Counted from the stretch's first letter, positions 46,586 to 56,683 are shown. The stretch: DNA of 64,000 nt from Bacilli bacterium (GCA_017511375.1 JAFWKJ010000018.1:75115-139114), one strand, 5' to 3'. Notes: generated by a model not told the origin, from the letters alone. Made by a program: numbers and translations.

Positions 46586-48070
46586 ATGAAAAAGAAAATT
46601 CTCTATTTAATACTTTATATTTATTTATTGTTTTTGTCTCTAGTTCATTATTCTAGTATTTGGGCTATTGCGACTTTTAATTTTTATAGTTTTGATGAAG
46701 TACTTTTTCAATTAACAACACCTATTCAAAGTGCAGCTTCTAGTATTTTATCTAGTTATGTGACTTCTTGTTTATTGATTGCTGTTATCGTATCTATTCT
46801 ATTGTTTTCTTTTTTAGTTATCATTCTTCGTTTTCTTTCTAAAGAGTATATTGATTTTTCATTTCTAAAAGCTTCTTTTCATTTGAAAAGCAAGGTTTTT
46901 AAGATTGTTTTATTTCTTTTTATGATTTGTTTTTCTATTTTTATGTTTTATTCTTGTGCGGATAGAATGTTAATCATTGATTATATAAAAAATCAAGCTA
47001 ATGACTCTTCTTTTATAGAGGATTATTATGTGAATCCAAAAGATGTTTCTATTACGTTTCCTGAAAATAAAAGGAATCTAATCTATATTTATGCAGAATC
47101 TATGGAGAGTACTTTTTTCTCATCTGACTTGGGAGGAGGAAGTGAAGAGAACTATTTATCTCCTTTGACGGATCTTACGACGCAAAATGTTTCTTTTTCT
47201 GATACGGAGTTGTTTGGAGGGGCTTTGATGGTGAATGGTACTTCTTGGACAAGTGGTTCAATGGTTGCGAATACTTCAGGACTTCCCCTTAAGAACTCTT
47301 TTCAAGATATATGGAAGGAACCTTCTATGCTACCAAAAGCCATTACTTTAGGAGATATCTTAGAAGAAAATGGATATCATCAAGAGTTAATGTTTGGTTC
47401 TGATAAAGATTTTGGAAATAGAGGCCTTTATTTTGAGAACCATGGACATTATCAAATATATGATTACTACACAGCGATTGAAAAGAAGAAGATTGATGAA
47501 GATTACTATGTTTGGTGGGGGTTTGAAGATTCTAAATTGTTTGCTTTTGCCAAAGAGGAAATCCTTTCTTTAGCAAGGGAAGAAGAACCTTTTAATTTTA
47601 CTATGTTGACGGTTAATACACATACTGTGGATGGATATGTGGAAGATGATTGTTCTTGCCCTTTTGAAAATTCTTATGAAAATGCTATCTATTGTAGTTC
47701 TGAGCAAATTGCAGACTTTATTTATTGGATTCAGGAACAAGACTTTTATCCCAATACAACTGTGATTATAGTAGGAGATCATGTTAGTATGCAGAGTAAT
47801 TTCTATCCTGATTCTACTAAGAGAAGGACCTATAATCTATTTATTAACTCAGCAGTGGAGCCAATTTATACTTCGAATCGTTCTTTTACCACGATGGATT
47901 ATTTCCCTACAACGCTCGCAAGTTTAGGGGCTCAAATAGAGGGCAATCGTTTAGGACTTGGAACGAATCTATTCAGTGATCAAAAGACGATAACGGAAGA
48001 AGTAGGGGAAGAAGAATTTGATCAGAAAATCTCTCAATATAGTTCTTATTATATGAAAGAATTTAACTAA
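46586..48070 (+). CDS. LTA synthase / phosphoglycerol transferase family protein (sulfatase-like domain)
   Basis: Five N-terminal TM segments are followed by an extracellular alkaline-phosphatase-like domain (YIYAESMES, VNTHT, IIVGDHVSM). The RBS precedes the ATG at 46586. Confidence 0.65.
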   Translation: MKKKILYLILYIYLLFLSLVHYSSIWAIATFNFYSFDEVLFQLTTPIQSAASSILSSYVTSCLLIAVIVSILLFSFLVIILRFLSKEYIDFSFLKASFHLKSKVFKIVLFLFMICFSIFMFYSCADRMLIIDYIKNQANDSSFIEDYYVNPKDVSITFPENKRNLIYIYAESMESTFFSSDLGGGSEENYLSPLTDLTTQNVSFSDTELFGGALMVNGTSWTSGSMVANTSGLPLKNSFQDIWKEPSMLPKAITLGDILEENGYHQELMFGSDKDFGNRGLYFENHGHYQIYDYYTAIEKKKIDEDYYVWWGFEDSKLFAFAKEEILSLAREEEPFNFTMLTVNTHTVDGYVEDDCSCPFENSYENAIYCSSEQIADFIYWIQEQDFYPNTTVIIVGDHVSMQSNFYPDSTKRRTYNLFINSAVEPIYTSNRSFTTMDYFPTTLASLGAQIEGNRLGLGTNLFSDQKTITEEVGEEEFDQKISQYSSYYMKEFN

Positions 48071-48152
48071 TAAAACTCTTTGGAGTTTTTTTGTTATATT
48101 GAAAAAAAACATAAAATATGATAAATTAAAGTAGTTTTAAGGAGTTGGTAGT

Positions 48153-49565
48153 ATGCATTTACCAGACTATAGAGAAGCGAGAACGAGAGATAAACGAAAA
48201 TATAATAGAGTTCATTTTTCTCTTGATCAAAATATAGAAAAAAAATATGTTGGGAAAACTTATTTTGTGAAGACATATGGTTGTCAGATGAATGAACATG
48301 ATAGTGAAAATATATGTGCTATGCTTGAAGCATTAGGGTTTTCTAAAGCCACTCGTTATGTGGATGCAGACTTAGTCCTACTAAATACCTGTAGTATTCG
48401 TGAGAATGCTCATAATAAAGCTTTTGGTATGTTGGGACGTTTAAAACATCTTAAGGGGGAAAAGAAAGACCTTTTAATTGGATTATGTGGTTGCATGGCG
48501 CAAGAAAAAAGTGTCGTGGATGAAATCCTTAAAGACTATAAGTTTGTAGACTTTGTTTTTGGGACTCATAACTTATACCAACTTCCTACTATTATTGATC
48601 GAGCAGTAGAAGAACAAAAACAACAAATTGAAGTGTTTTCTAGAGAAGGTGATTTGGTAGAGGGATACCCTGTTATTCGTTCCAATTCTTATAAGGCATT
48701 TGTCAATATTATCTATGGTTGTGATAAGTTCTGTACTTACTGTATTGTTCCTTATACGAGAGGAAGAGAAAGAAGTAGGAAGAAAGAAGATATTTTAAAA
48801 GAAGTAGAGATGCTGATACAGGATGGATATAAGGAAGTAACTTTACTTGGACAGAATGTGAATGCTTATGGAAAAGATTTATATGAAGATTATAATATGG
48901 GAGATCTATTAGAAGATATTGCGAAATTAGAGATTCCAAGAATTCGCTTTATGACTTCCCATCCTTGGGATTTTACGGATAAAATGATAGAGGTTATTGG
49001 AAAATATCCTAATATTATGCCTTCTGTTCATTTGCCTGTTCAAAGTGGGTCTAGTCGTATTTTAAAACTAATGGGTAGAAGATATACAAGAGAGAGTTAT
49101 TTGGAATTGTTTCATAAAATAAAAGAAACCGTTCCAGGGGTTTGTATTTCTACCGATATTATTGTAGGATTTCCTGGGGAGACGGAAGAAGATTTTCAAG
49201 AGACACTATCTCTTGTGGAAGAATGCAGATATGATAATGCCTTTACTTTTATTTTTTCTAAGAGAGAAGGAACTCCTGCTTGTAGATTAGAAGATCAAAC
49301 ACCATTAGAGGAAAAGGAAGAAAGATTACAAAGATTAAATGATGTGGTGAATCAGTATTTCCTTGAGAATAATAAAAAATTAGAAGGGACCACTTTAAAA
49401 GTATTGGTGGAGGGCACTTCTTTAAAGAAAAATATGTATTATGGGTATAGTGAAACAAATAAACTTATTAACTTTACTAGTGAGAAAGAACTTTTCTGTG
49501 GAGATATTGTAGATGTCGAAATTGAAAGTGCTAAGACGTGGAGTTTAGATGGAAAATGTGTATAA
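48153..49565 (+). CDS. miaB: tRNA-2-methylthio-N6-dimethylallyladenosine synthase
   Basis: The MTTase N domain (YFVKTYGCQMNEHDSE), the radical-SAM cluster motif CDKFCTYC and a TRAM domain are present. Confidence 0.9.
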   Translation: MHLPDYREARTRDKRKYNRVHFSLDQNIEKKYVGKTYFVKTYGCQMNEHDSENICAMLEALGFSKATRYVDADLVLLNTCSIRENAHNKAFGMLGRLKHLKGEKKDLLIGLCGCMAQEKSVVDEILKDYKFVDFVFGTHNLYQLPTIIDRAVEEQKQQIEVFSREGDLVEGYPVIRSNSYKAFVNIIYGCDKFCTYCIVPYTRGRERSRKKEDILKEVEMLIQDGYKEVTLLGQNVNAYGKDLYEDYNMGDLLEDIAKLEIPRIRFMTSHPWDFTDKMIEVIGKYPNIMPSVHLPVQSGSSRILKLMGRRYTRESYLELFHKIKETVPGVCISTDIIVGFPGETEEDFQETLSLVEECRYDNAFTFIFSKREGTPACRLEDQTPLEEKEERLQRLNDVVNQYFLENNKKLEGTTLKVLVEGTSLKKNMYYGYSETNKLINFTSEKELFCGDIVDVEIESAKTWSLDGKCV

Positions 49566-49875
49566 AGCAATAGATGCAGTGATTGATTGTATTATTTCTT
49601 CTAAAGATTATCAAATGTGTATTTCTCTTCAAGAACAAATGAAGGATAATCAAGAGATTATGGAGGCTATTCAGCAAGTAAAAAAACTTCAAAAAAAATA
49701 TATCCGTAGTGGATATGATACTTCTATCAAACAGGAATTAGATCAGTGTACACAATCATTGATGGAGATACCCATTTATCACTTATATCAAGATTCTTTA
49801 GAAAAAGTAAATGAAATGATTTGTTTTGTGAAAGAATCTCTTAATGATTATTTTTCTGATAAATTAAATTCATAA
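49549..49875 (+). CDS. ricA: YmcA/YlbF-family protein (RicA-like)
   Basis: The gene lies directly after miaB, as ymcA does in B. subtilis. Its size fits and it carries a helical conserved Cys pair. Confidence 0.55.
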   Translation: MENVYKAIDAVIDCIISSKDYQMCISLQEQMKDNQEIMEAIQQVKKLQKKYIRSGYDTSIKQELDQCTQSLMEIPIYHLYQDSLEKVNEMICFVKESLNDYFSDKLNS

Positions 49876-49878
49876 AAA

Positions 49879-49910
49879 AAGAACTAGATAATATCTAGTT
49901 CTTTTTCAAT
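49879..49910. terminator. Bidirectional terminator
   Basis: The hairpin AAAGAACTAGATAATATCTAGTTCTTTTT is present. Confidence 0.5.
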
Positions 49911-50513
49911 TTTGTCTACGGTTCTACTGATAAAGTCTTTTATTTGTTGTATCTCTAATGAATATGTTTTTTCTTCTTTAGAGTTTTGAATAATGATACC
50001 CATCTTATTGATTAAAACATCTAACTTTTCTACAGGTATTTCATCAATCGTAGTCGTTGGAACTTTAAAGTCTTCATAAAATAGAGATAGATCTAAATCA
50101 TATTCTTCAATTATTTTTATATTTAAATTGGTATAATCCGAATAAATCAATTGTAGGATTTCTTTCGGAGTAGAGGCAATAACTGTTCCATCTAATAACC
50201 GAATAGAATTATCATAGGTAATGTGACTCATAAAGTCTTCTTTCCATTCTTTATCAGTATATAAATGAAGGTAATATCCTAAATCAAAATCATTATTTCT
50301 AAAATTAGGATATTTCATTTCAAATAGTCTTAGATTGGGAATATCTTGTCCAAAGGTATTCTTTATAAAATGGGCTTCCTCTTTTGATAGACCAATTTGT
50401 TTCGCTAAATCAGGTGCGATGGATCCCAAATAGTAGTCGTATGCATTTCGAACATGATGTCTTCTATTTTCTAGTTCTTTCGCGATTGCGAGATGAATAA
50501 GTGCTGATGCCAT
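49884..50513 (-). CDS. Putative metal-dependent hydrolase (His/Asp-rich; family uncertain)
   Basis: It begins MASALIHLAIAKELENRRHH and the RBS is AAGGAGG. No confident family assignment was made. Confidence 0.35.
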   Translation of the reverse strand: MASALIHLAIAKELENRRHHVRNAYDYYLGSIAPDLAKQIGLSKEEAHFIKNTFGQDIPNLRLFEMKYPNFRNNDFDLGYYLHLYTDKEWKEDFMSHITYDNSIRLLDGTVIASTPKEILQLIYSDYTNLNIKIIEEYDLDLSLFYEDFKVPTTTIDEIPVEKLDVLINKMGIIIQNSKEEKTYSLEIQQIKDFISRTVDKIEKELDII

Positions 50514-50551
50514 AAGCCGCCTCCTTACTATAAATGTATTATATCATAGTA

Positions 50552-51442
50552 TTACCAATTTTTGCCAGAATAGAAGTGATAATTATCTAGGTTTTCATTT
50601 CTTTGTAAATCTCTTTGTCTACTTTCACTGGCCTCTTTATTAATCTGGTTTAATTGATCTTCAATTTTTTGATCTTCTTGATCTTGTTCAGAGGGGTCTC
50701 CCTCTTTTAATTCTTCTTTCATTTCTTCAATCATTTCTTCTACTTCTTTTTTGTCTTTTTCCTCTGAAAGCATTTCTTTTATTTCTACCGTTAATTCATC
50801 AATTTCTTTTTCTTTTCCTTCTTCTGAAAGCATTTCTTTTAACTTTTCTAGCTTCTCATTGATTCCCTTTTCATTTCCCTTACCTGAGAGTTTTTCTTTT
50901 ATTTTTTTCATCATTTCATCTAGTTGCTTTTCTTTTTCCTTTTCTTTCTCTGGTAGGTTTTCCTTTTCTTCCTCGATCATATCATCAATTTCTTTTTCTA
51001 AGGCTTCTGCTTCTTGGCTTTCTCCACTGTCGCCTTCTTCTTCTGCACAGTGATCTTCATATAGTTTGTCTTTTGCTTCTTTTAACTTTTTAATTCTTAA
51101 TTTACTATCTTTAGTATTGATGTTTTTGACAAGCGATAAAGTCAAGTTGATTCTAATATCACAAACTCTATCTTTAGGAGGGTTTTTCTTGAGAGCTGTT
51201 TCATAATCAACGATTGCTTTATCATACCTTGCTTGTTGGTAGAAAAGATTTCCTTCGTTGTAATAGACGATGTAGCGCTCATTGATGTTTGTTTTTTTAT
51301 TGAAAGAAAGAAGAGTCGGGCTATAAATACCGTTTTTGTATCCTAATATGACGATTTCGTTCAAGATATAAGTTGCGAGGAATTTAATTAGGAGAAAGGA
51401 TAATAGAATTACGCAAACAAACTTTGCTTTTTTCATACACAA
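50552..51442 (-). CDS. TPR-repeat protein with a Lys/Glu-rich coiled-coil tail (BatC-like)
   Basis: A TPR repeat (GNLFYQQARYDKAIVDYETALKKNP) is followed by about 150 aa of KE-rich repeats. It is the last gene of the MoxR operon. Confidence 0.55.
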   Translation of the reverse strand: MCMKKAKFVCVILLSFLLIKFLATYILNEIVILGYKNGIYSPTLLSFNKKTNINERYIVYYNEGNLFYQQARYDKAIVDYETALKKNPPKDRVCDIRINLTLSLVKNINTKDSKLRIKKLKEAKDKLYEDHCAEEEGDSGESQEAEALEKEIDDMIEEEKENLPEKEKEKEKQLDEMMKKIKEKLSGKGNEKGINEKLEKLKEMLSEEGKEKEIDELTVEIKEMLSEEKDKKEVEEMIEEMKEELKEGDPSEQDQEDQKIEDQLNQINKEASESRQRDLQRNENLDNYHFYSGKNW

Positions 51443-52383
51443 TCCCTCCTAACTTTTTTAAGATCTAAAACAAGTAATAGTAAAATAATAGGAGCTAGAA
51501 TAAAGTATGTGTCATCATAACTTGTTATAGGGATGGTATTCATTTCTTTTTCCATTTGAGTTTTTATCTTTTTTATTTTTTCATTTATCTTGGCTGTATT
51601 ATCCATATGAATATAATCTATCTTTAAATCTGTGGCAATTTGTTTTAAATTCTTTTCATCGATTTTTGATATGGCTTCTTTATTGGGAGAAACCGTCGTA
51701 TCCATTACTAGTCTTTGTTTAGGATGCTGAATATCTTCATCATCTATATAATACATGATGGCTCCTTCTTTGGTTCCATAGCCTAGTACAGCACCATCTT
51801 GAATATACTTATTTAATGAAGCATAACTATTTAATGTAGATTTATCTGTTATTTCTCCATCACTAATGAAGAATAGTACTTTTACACGCTTTGGGGCTTT
51901 TTTATGTTCGTTTTCTAATACTTTTTTTATTTCTTCCAATGGGGTGTTTAGGGAAGACCCTTTTGCATACCATTCTCCTATTGGTTCAATAATTTCTATC
52001 GCTTCTCTTGCCATATAACTATCTTGTGTAAATGGAATTAATGTGCGGGCTTTATTATCAAAAGTAATAATTCCGAATCTTGCACCATTTAGTTCTTCCA
52101 TGATTTTTAGGCAATCTGCCTTTACGCCATCTAATCTTCTTTGATTGTTTTGATAGTCTAATGCGTTCATACTGATTGTCTTATCTATCACAAATAACAC
52201 ATCTATATTATTAGAAGTGGTTGAAGATGTATCAGTTGGAATCATATAACGTTGATTCAAGAAGAATAATAAAATGACAAGAATGATGTGTTTTGCTTTT
52301 TTCGTACTTTTTAAAATAATTATGATTAAAACCACACAAATTATCAACATGATGATTGTTGGAATGATAGGAAAGGCTCTCAT
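51433..52383 (-). CDS. vWA-domain membrane protein (BatB-like)
   Basis: An N-terminal TM is followed by vWA MIDAS-like sequence (VLFVIDKTISM). A C-terminal TM is present. Confidence 0.65.
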   Translation of the reverse strand: MRAFPIIPTIIMLIICVVLIIIILKSTKKAKHIILVILLFFLNQRYMIPTDTSSTTSNNIDVLFVIDKTISMNALDYQNNQRRLDGVKADCLKIMEELNGARFGIITFDNKARTLIPFTQDSYMAREAIEIIEPIGEWYAKGSSLNTPLEEIKKVLENEHKKAPKRVKVLFFISDGEITDKSTLNSYASLNKYIQDGAVLGYGTKEGAIMYYIDDEDIQHPKQRLVMDTTVSPNKEAISKIDEKNLKQIATDLKIDYIHMDNTAKINEKIKKIKTQMEKEMNTIPITSYDDTYFILAPIILLLLVLDLKKVRRDCV

Positions 52384-53399
52384 AAAATCACCTTCCTACT
52401 ACATATTATGATAGAAACAAACGATAGTAATAATAATATGAATGGTATGGTTGGCATATCCGTTTGTTTTGTTTCAGTCTTAGAATCAATAAGAGATTTA
52501 GAAGTTTTTTCTATATCATTCACCATGGATTTTACTGTTTGCGTAGATTGTTGATAAAACTTTCCTCCTGTTTTTTCTACTGCATCTTTCATTTCTAGAT
52601 AGTTTCCATCTTGCATGAATCTTGTTCCTATACCAAATACTTTTATGTTATGATTTTTACTTATATCTGCTGCTTTATCTAGGGTTACAATTGGTTCTCC
52701 TGCTAATTCATTATCTGTTGTGAAGATAATTATTCTTGAGCGATCTTCTTCTAATTTAGGGAAACTATAAACACAAGAGGCAAGGCCATCTCCAATTAAA
52801 GAACTTCCTCTTGCTTGGTTTCCTTCAATGGTTCCTGTGTAGATATAATCTCTAATGTAATAATAATTATCTTCCGGATAAACATATTCACCGCTTGTAA
52901 TCTTAATGTTCATCTTAATAGATTTTTCAATGTCTTCTAAAGATGAAAGAATATATTCATAATCATCCGTAAGAGGAGAAACTAAAACGGAGGTTGTGTT
53001 AAACATAGAAATTCCAAATCTTTCTCCTTTTAAAGATTTTACCGTTTTCTTCAAGTTCGCTATCATTTCTACATTTAGTTGATCTACAGAAGTAGAAACA
53101 TCCATACATAAAATGATATCTCTTTTATACTCATTTAAATCATGTGTCTCTGTTTTTTGAATTCTTGATGATAGTAAGATGGAAGATAAGATGGCTACTC
53201 CAAAGGATATCAATAAAATGATTTTATAGATTTGGTAGTTTTTAAAAATCTTTTTATAGTAGGCTGTATTTTTTACAAAAGAAGTATTTGCAATTTTTTC
53301 CTTCTTCTTTTTCTCTTCCTTCTTCTTAGATGGGTAGAACAAATAAAGTAAAATTAAGACAAAGGAAATGACTAAAAATAGGGGATACTTTATTTCCAT
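52380..53399 (-). CDS. vWA-domain membrane protein (BatA-like)
   Basis: Two N-terminal TM segments are followed by vWA sequence (ILCMDVSTSVD). Confidence 0.65.
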   Translation of the reverse strand: MEIKYPLFLVISFVLILLYLFYPSKKKEEKKKKEKIANTSFVKNTAYYKKIFKNYQIYKIILLISFGVAILSSILLSSRIQKTETHDLNEYKRDIILCMDVSTSVDQLNVEMIANLKKTVKSLKGERFGISMFNTTSVLVSPLTDDYEYILSSLEDIEKSIKMNIKITSGEYVYPEDNYYYIRDYIYTGTIEGNQARGSSLIGDGLASCVYSFPKLEEDRSRIIIFTTDNELAGEPIVTLDKAADISKNHNIKVFGIGTRFMQDGNYLEMKDAVEKTGGKFYQQSTQTVKSMVNDIEKTSKSLIDSKTETKQTDMPTIPFILLLLSFVSIIICSRKVIL

Positions 53400-53842
53400 T
53401 TTTCAATCAACTCCCTTGTTCTTTCAATTGATCCATTTATTTGTGTAGAAGACTCTTTTGCAAATTCAGGATGATAATATTCTTCCACAAGAAAGGAAAG
53501 AGAAGGGATTCCAACTCTTTTGATTTCTTGTAATGAATAGTTTTGTACTTTGATTTGTGTCACTTCAAAAATAAAGTTACGAATTAGTCTACTAAGTTCT
53601 ATATAGGCATCTCTTTTGGAGATTATTTGGTTTTGAAAGTTTTGTTCTAAAAGATTAATTTGTGCGGTATATCTATTCTTTATTTCAAATAGATTCTTTG
53701 TTGTTGGTTTTACAACAACGGGAGCAGGTTTTTTCTCTTTTTTCTTTCTTAATAAATAAAGAAGGATTCCTATTCCCATCATTAATAAGAAAATAGGAAC
53801 AAAAGAATATGAAAACATAGGTCTTAAATCTTGATTATTCAT
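53390..53842 (-). CDS. Small single-TM protein of the MoxR operon
   Basis: A TM is followed by a helical region. The gene overlaps its neighbours, indicating co-transcription. Confidence 0.45.
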   Translation of the reverse strand: MNNQDLRPMFSYSFVPIFLLMMGIGILLYLLRKKKEKKPAPVVVKPTTKNLFEIKNRYTAQINLLEQNFQNQIISKRDAYIELSRLIRNFIFEVTQIKVQNYSLQEIKRVGIPSLSFLVEEYYHPEFAKESSTQINGSIERTRELIEKWK

Positions 53843-54698
53843 ATTTATGTTCCTCCAATAGTTTTGTTATTTTTATGGTTAATTCATCTAAACTACTTAT
53901 GGATGTTAAAGGAATATTTAATGCTTTTAATTTTTGATGATTTGTTTCCCATAATTGAGATTTTACATATTTTTCTACCGTTGCTAGTCTTTGATCTTTT
54001 AAGAATATTTTAGGGATAAAGTTTTTTTCTTTTACATCATATAAAGAATCCCCTGTCATATTGTGATCATTAATACTGATGACAAATATGTCACTTGTTT
54101 GTTTTAATTGCTTTAATGTTTGTCTACTAATGCTATTTACTCCTGCAATATCAGTGATAATAAAAACAACTTTCTTCTTGGGAATATTTTTCACAATATA
54201 TTCTAATAATTCCTCGATTTCGACTGCCTCTTCTGTCTTGGTGGCAGCATAGGCACAAAGATATTCTTCTAGATTATATAAGTTATATTTAAAGGGTTTA
54301 AATTCCACACCTTTCTCTTTATAAATCATTCCTACATAATCATTGTTTTTGATTGCTAGATAGCCAATCGAACCAGCTGTGTATAGGGCTAGTTCTTTTT
54401 TGTTTTCTTGTTTATCGGTATCGGCATCCATTTTAATGCCGGAATCCATAACTAAAAGAATATTATGTTTCTTTTCTGCAATAAATTGTTTTACTAAAAG
54501 ATTTCCACTTCTTGCGGATGATTTCCAGTCTATGTCTTTCATATCATCATCTATGGTGTATTCTCTTAAGTTTTCAAAGTTCATACTTTTTCCCCTATAA
54601 ATAGATTTATAGGTCCCTTCTAATACGTTGGTAGATTTTTTATTAGAATGAATGGAAAGTCTTGCTTTAATACGATTGATATAATTTAGTTTTATCAT
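53835..54698 (-). CDS. DUF58 family protein (vWA-like)
   Basis: The sequence FENLREYTIDDDMKDIDWKSSARSGNLLVKQF is typical of DUF58. MoxR lies upstream. Confidence 0.75.
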   Translation of the reverse strand: MIKLNYINRIKARLSIHSNKKSTNVLEGTYKSIYRGKSMNFENLREYTIDDDMKDIDWKSSARSGNLLVKQFIAEKKHNILLVMDSGIKMDADTDKQENKKELALYTAGSIGYLAIKNNDYVGMIYKEKGVEFKPFKYNLYNLEEYLCAYAATKTEEAVEIEELLEYIVKNIPKKKVVFIITDIAGVNSISRQTLKQLKQTSDIFVISINDHNMTGDSLYDVKEKNFIPKIFLKDQRLATVEKYVKSQLWETNHQKLKALNIPLTSISSLDELTIKITKLLEEHKYE

Positions 54699-55681
54699 GG
54701 GGTGGGAACGGCTCCTAGAATAGCATCAATGATTGTTTCTACAGAAACATCATCTGCAACAGCCGAAAAGTTTAGAGAAATTCTATGTCTTAGAATACAG
54801 TATCTTAATTCTTTGATGTCATCTGGCGTTACATACGTTCTACCTTTCATTAATGCTAATGCCTTTGAACACTGCATAAACGCAATGGTTCCACGAGGAC
54901 TAGATCCTAAAGTAATATAATCTGCTAGTTTTTTATCAATATAGTTTTCGGGAACACGGGTTGCTAAGATGATTTGTGCAATATATTTTTTGATAGATTC
55001 ATCTAGGTATACTCTTTCTGTTATATCTTGTAAGTATTTTAAATCTTCTAGTGTTAAAACAGGTTGTGTATCTTGCAACTTTTTGTTTTCAATGTTTTTT
55101 AATATTTCAACTTCTTCTTTTACCGTTGGGTAGTCTATTTTTTCTTTCATCAAGAAACGATCTAATTGTGCTTCCGCTAAAATATAGGTGCCTTCTTGTT
55201 CAATTGGATTTTGCGTGGCAATCACAATGAATATTTCTGGTAAAAGATAGATTTTTCCATCAATGGTAATTTGCCTTTCCTGCATAGCTTCAAGGGTAGC
55301 ACTTTGAGTTTTAGCACTTGATCGATTAATTTCATCTAATAATACAAAGTTGGCATAAATAGGACCAAGTTTTGTATCAAATTGACTTGTTTGATAGTTA
55401 AAAACTTGTGTTCCTACAATATCACTTGGAAGAAGGTCTGGTGTACATTGAATTCTTGAAAAATTACCAGATACAGAATCTGTTAAAACTTTAGCAGCAG
55501 TTGTTTTCGCAAGACCTGGAACTGATTCCAATAATATATGACCATTTGCCATGAGAGAAATAAGTAGTGATTTTTCTAGGTTTTGTTGGCCAACAATTCT
55601 TTCTGCATAATAATTATTCATTTTATTCATGATTTCTAAGCATTTGTTTAGTTCTTCTTGTGTGATGTTTGATTGATTCAT
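54695..55681 (-). CDS. moxR: MoxR-family AAA+ ATPase
   Basis: Walker A reads GVPGLAKT. Walker B DEINR is present. The C-terminal lid and the overall AAA_3 pattern fit MoxR. Confidence 0.9.
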   Translation of the reverse strand: MNQSNITQEELNKCLEIMNKMNNYYAERIVGQQNLEKSLLISLMANGHILLESVPGLAKTTAAKVLTDSVSGNFSRIQCTPDLLPSDIVGTQVFNYQTSQFDTKLGPIYANFVLLDEINRSSAKTQSATLEAMQERQITIDGKIYLLPEIFIVIATQNPIEQEGTYILAEAQLDRFLMKEKIDYPTVKEEVEILKNIENKKLQDTQPVLTLEDLKYLQDITERVYLDESIKKYIAQIILATRVPENYIDKKLADYITLGSSPRGTIAFMQCSKALALMKGRTYVTPDDIKELRYCILRHRISLNFSAVADDVSVETIIDAILGAVPTP

Positions 55682-55754
55682 ATTTACACCTACTTCTTAT
55701 TCTTCATCCTATTATATTTTATGATAAAAGCAAACAAATCACAAGATGATACGT

Positions 55755-55782
55755 GATTATTTTTCACATTTTCGCATACAAT
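55755..55782 (+). promoter_or_regulatory. SigE-like sporulation promoter upstream of cotE
   Basis: The -35 is GATTATT (consensus kmATATT), the spacer is 13 nt and the -10 is CATACAAT (consensus CATACAnT). Confidence 0.4.
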
Positions 55783-55797
55783 ACAAGGGAGGTAAAT

Positions 55798-56316
55798 ATG
55801 ACAAATTATAAAGAAATTGTAACGAAAGCAGTCCTATCAAAGGGAAAGAGGTTATTTACTACTACCAATCAAATTGAGGTGGATAGGCCTTCAACTATTT
55901 TAGGTTGTTGGATTATCAATCATGATTTCAAAGGAGTAAGAGATCATGATCAAATTATAATTGATGGTAGTTATGACGTTAATATTTGGTATTCTTATGA
56001 TCAAGATACGAAAACCAATGTGGTGAGACAAACAGACCATTATCACGAAGTCATTCATATGAGAGATCATGATGCTGATACAGAAGAAGAGGTAATTGTT
56101 AGAAGTCTCAGACAACCAAGTTGTGTTAAGACTCAACTAAATGGTAATCTAATAACTTATACCATTGAAAAGGAATTGGGAATTGAATTAGTAGGGGATG
56201 TTAAAGTAAAAATAGAGGCTAATTTAGAAGAAGAACCTTGGGATGATATTGTAGAGGATTCTGTTTCTGAAGAAGAAATACAAGATAATTTTATAGAAGA
56301 TGAACCCATTCTTTAA
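55798..56316 (+). CDS. cotE: Spore coat morphogenetic protein CotE
   Basis: The N-terminus MTNYKEIVTKAVLSKGKRLFTTTNQIEVDRPSTILGCWIINH and YDVNIWYSY align closely with B. subtilis CotE, and an acidic C-terminal tail is present. The RBS GGGAGG precedes the ATG at 55798. Confidence 0.8.
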   Translation: MTNYKEIVTKAVLSKGKRLFTTTNQIEVDRPSTILGCWIINHDFKGVRDHDQIIIDGSYDVNIWYSYDQDTKTNVVRQTDHYHEVIHMRDHDADTEEEVIVRSLRQPSCVKTQLNGNLITYTIEKELGIELVGDVKVKIEANLEEEPWDDIVEDSVSEEEIQDNFIEDEPIL

Positions 56317-56324
56317 AGCTAATA

Positions 56325-56372
56325 GATGTTAACAAAAAATAGTTGACATCTTTTTTTGTTTTGGATATAATA
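56325..56372 (+). promoter_or_regulatory. cotE terminator overlapping the rpsP promoter (TTGACA, 17-nt spacer, TATAAT)
   Basis: The hairpin AGATGTTAACAAAAAATAGTTGACATCTTTTTTT is present. TTGACA lies at 56343-48 and TATAAT 17 nt downstream. Confidence 0.4.
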
Positions 56373-56402
56373 TCCTTGTTATTTAGAAATGGAGGGAAAG
56401 AA

Positions 56403-56681
56403 ATGGCAGTAAAATTAAGATTAACAAGAATGGGTGCTAAAAAAAGACCTACTTATAGAATTGTTGCTACAGATTCAAGACGTCCTAGAGATGGACAATA
56501 TTTGGAGTTAATTGGAACTTATTCACCAATTGATAAAGAAGAAAATCAAGTTAAAATTAACGAAGAAGTTGCTTTAAAGTGGTTAAATAGTGGTGCTATT
56601 CCTACTGATACTGTAAGAAATTTATTTAGTAAAGAAGGAATCATGAAGAAATTTGCTGATTCTAAAAAGAAGGATAAATAG
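56403..56681 (+). CDS. rpsP: 30S ribosomal protein S16
   Basis: The sequence [31 protein letters not shown] matches S16. The RBS GGAGGG is present; the ORF track began upstream. Confidence 0.93.
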   Translation: MAVKLRLTRMGAKKRPTYRIVATDSRRPRDGQYLELIGTYSPIDKEENQVKINEEVALKWLNSGAIPTDTVRNLFSKEGIMKKFADSKKKDK

Positions 56682-56683
56682 TT

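Noticed and set aside
50751-51053. 100-aa Ser/Phe-rich ORF on the plus strand
   Set aside because: It is the mirror image of the Lys/Glu-rich coiled-coil repeat of the TPR gene on the minus strand (AAG/GAA repeats read as TTC/CTT). It is a low-complexity artefact.
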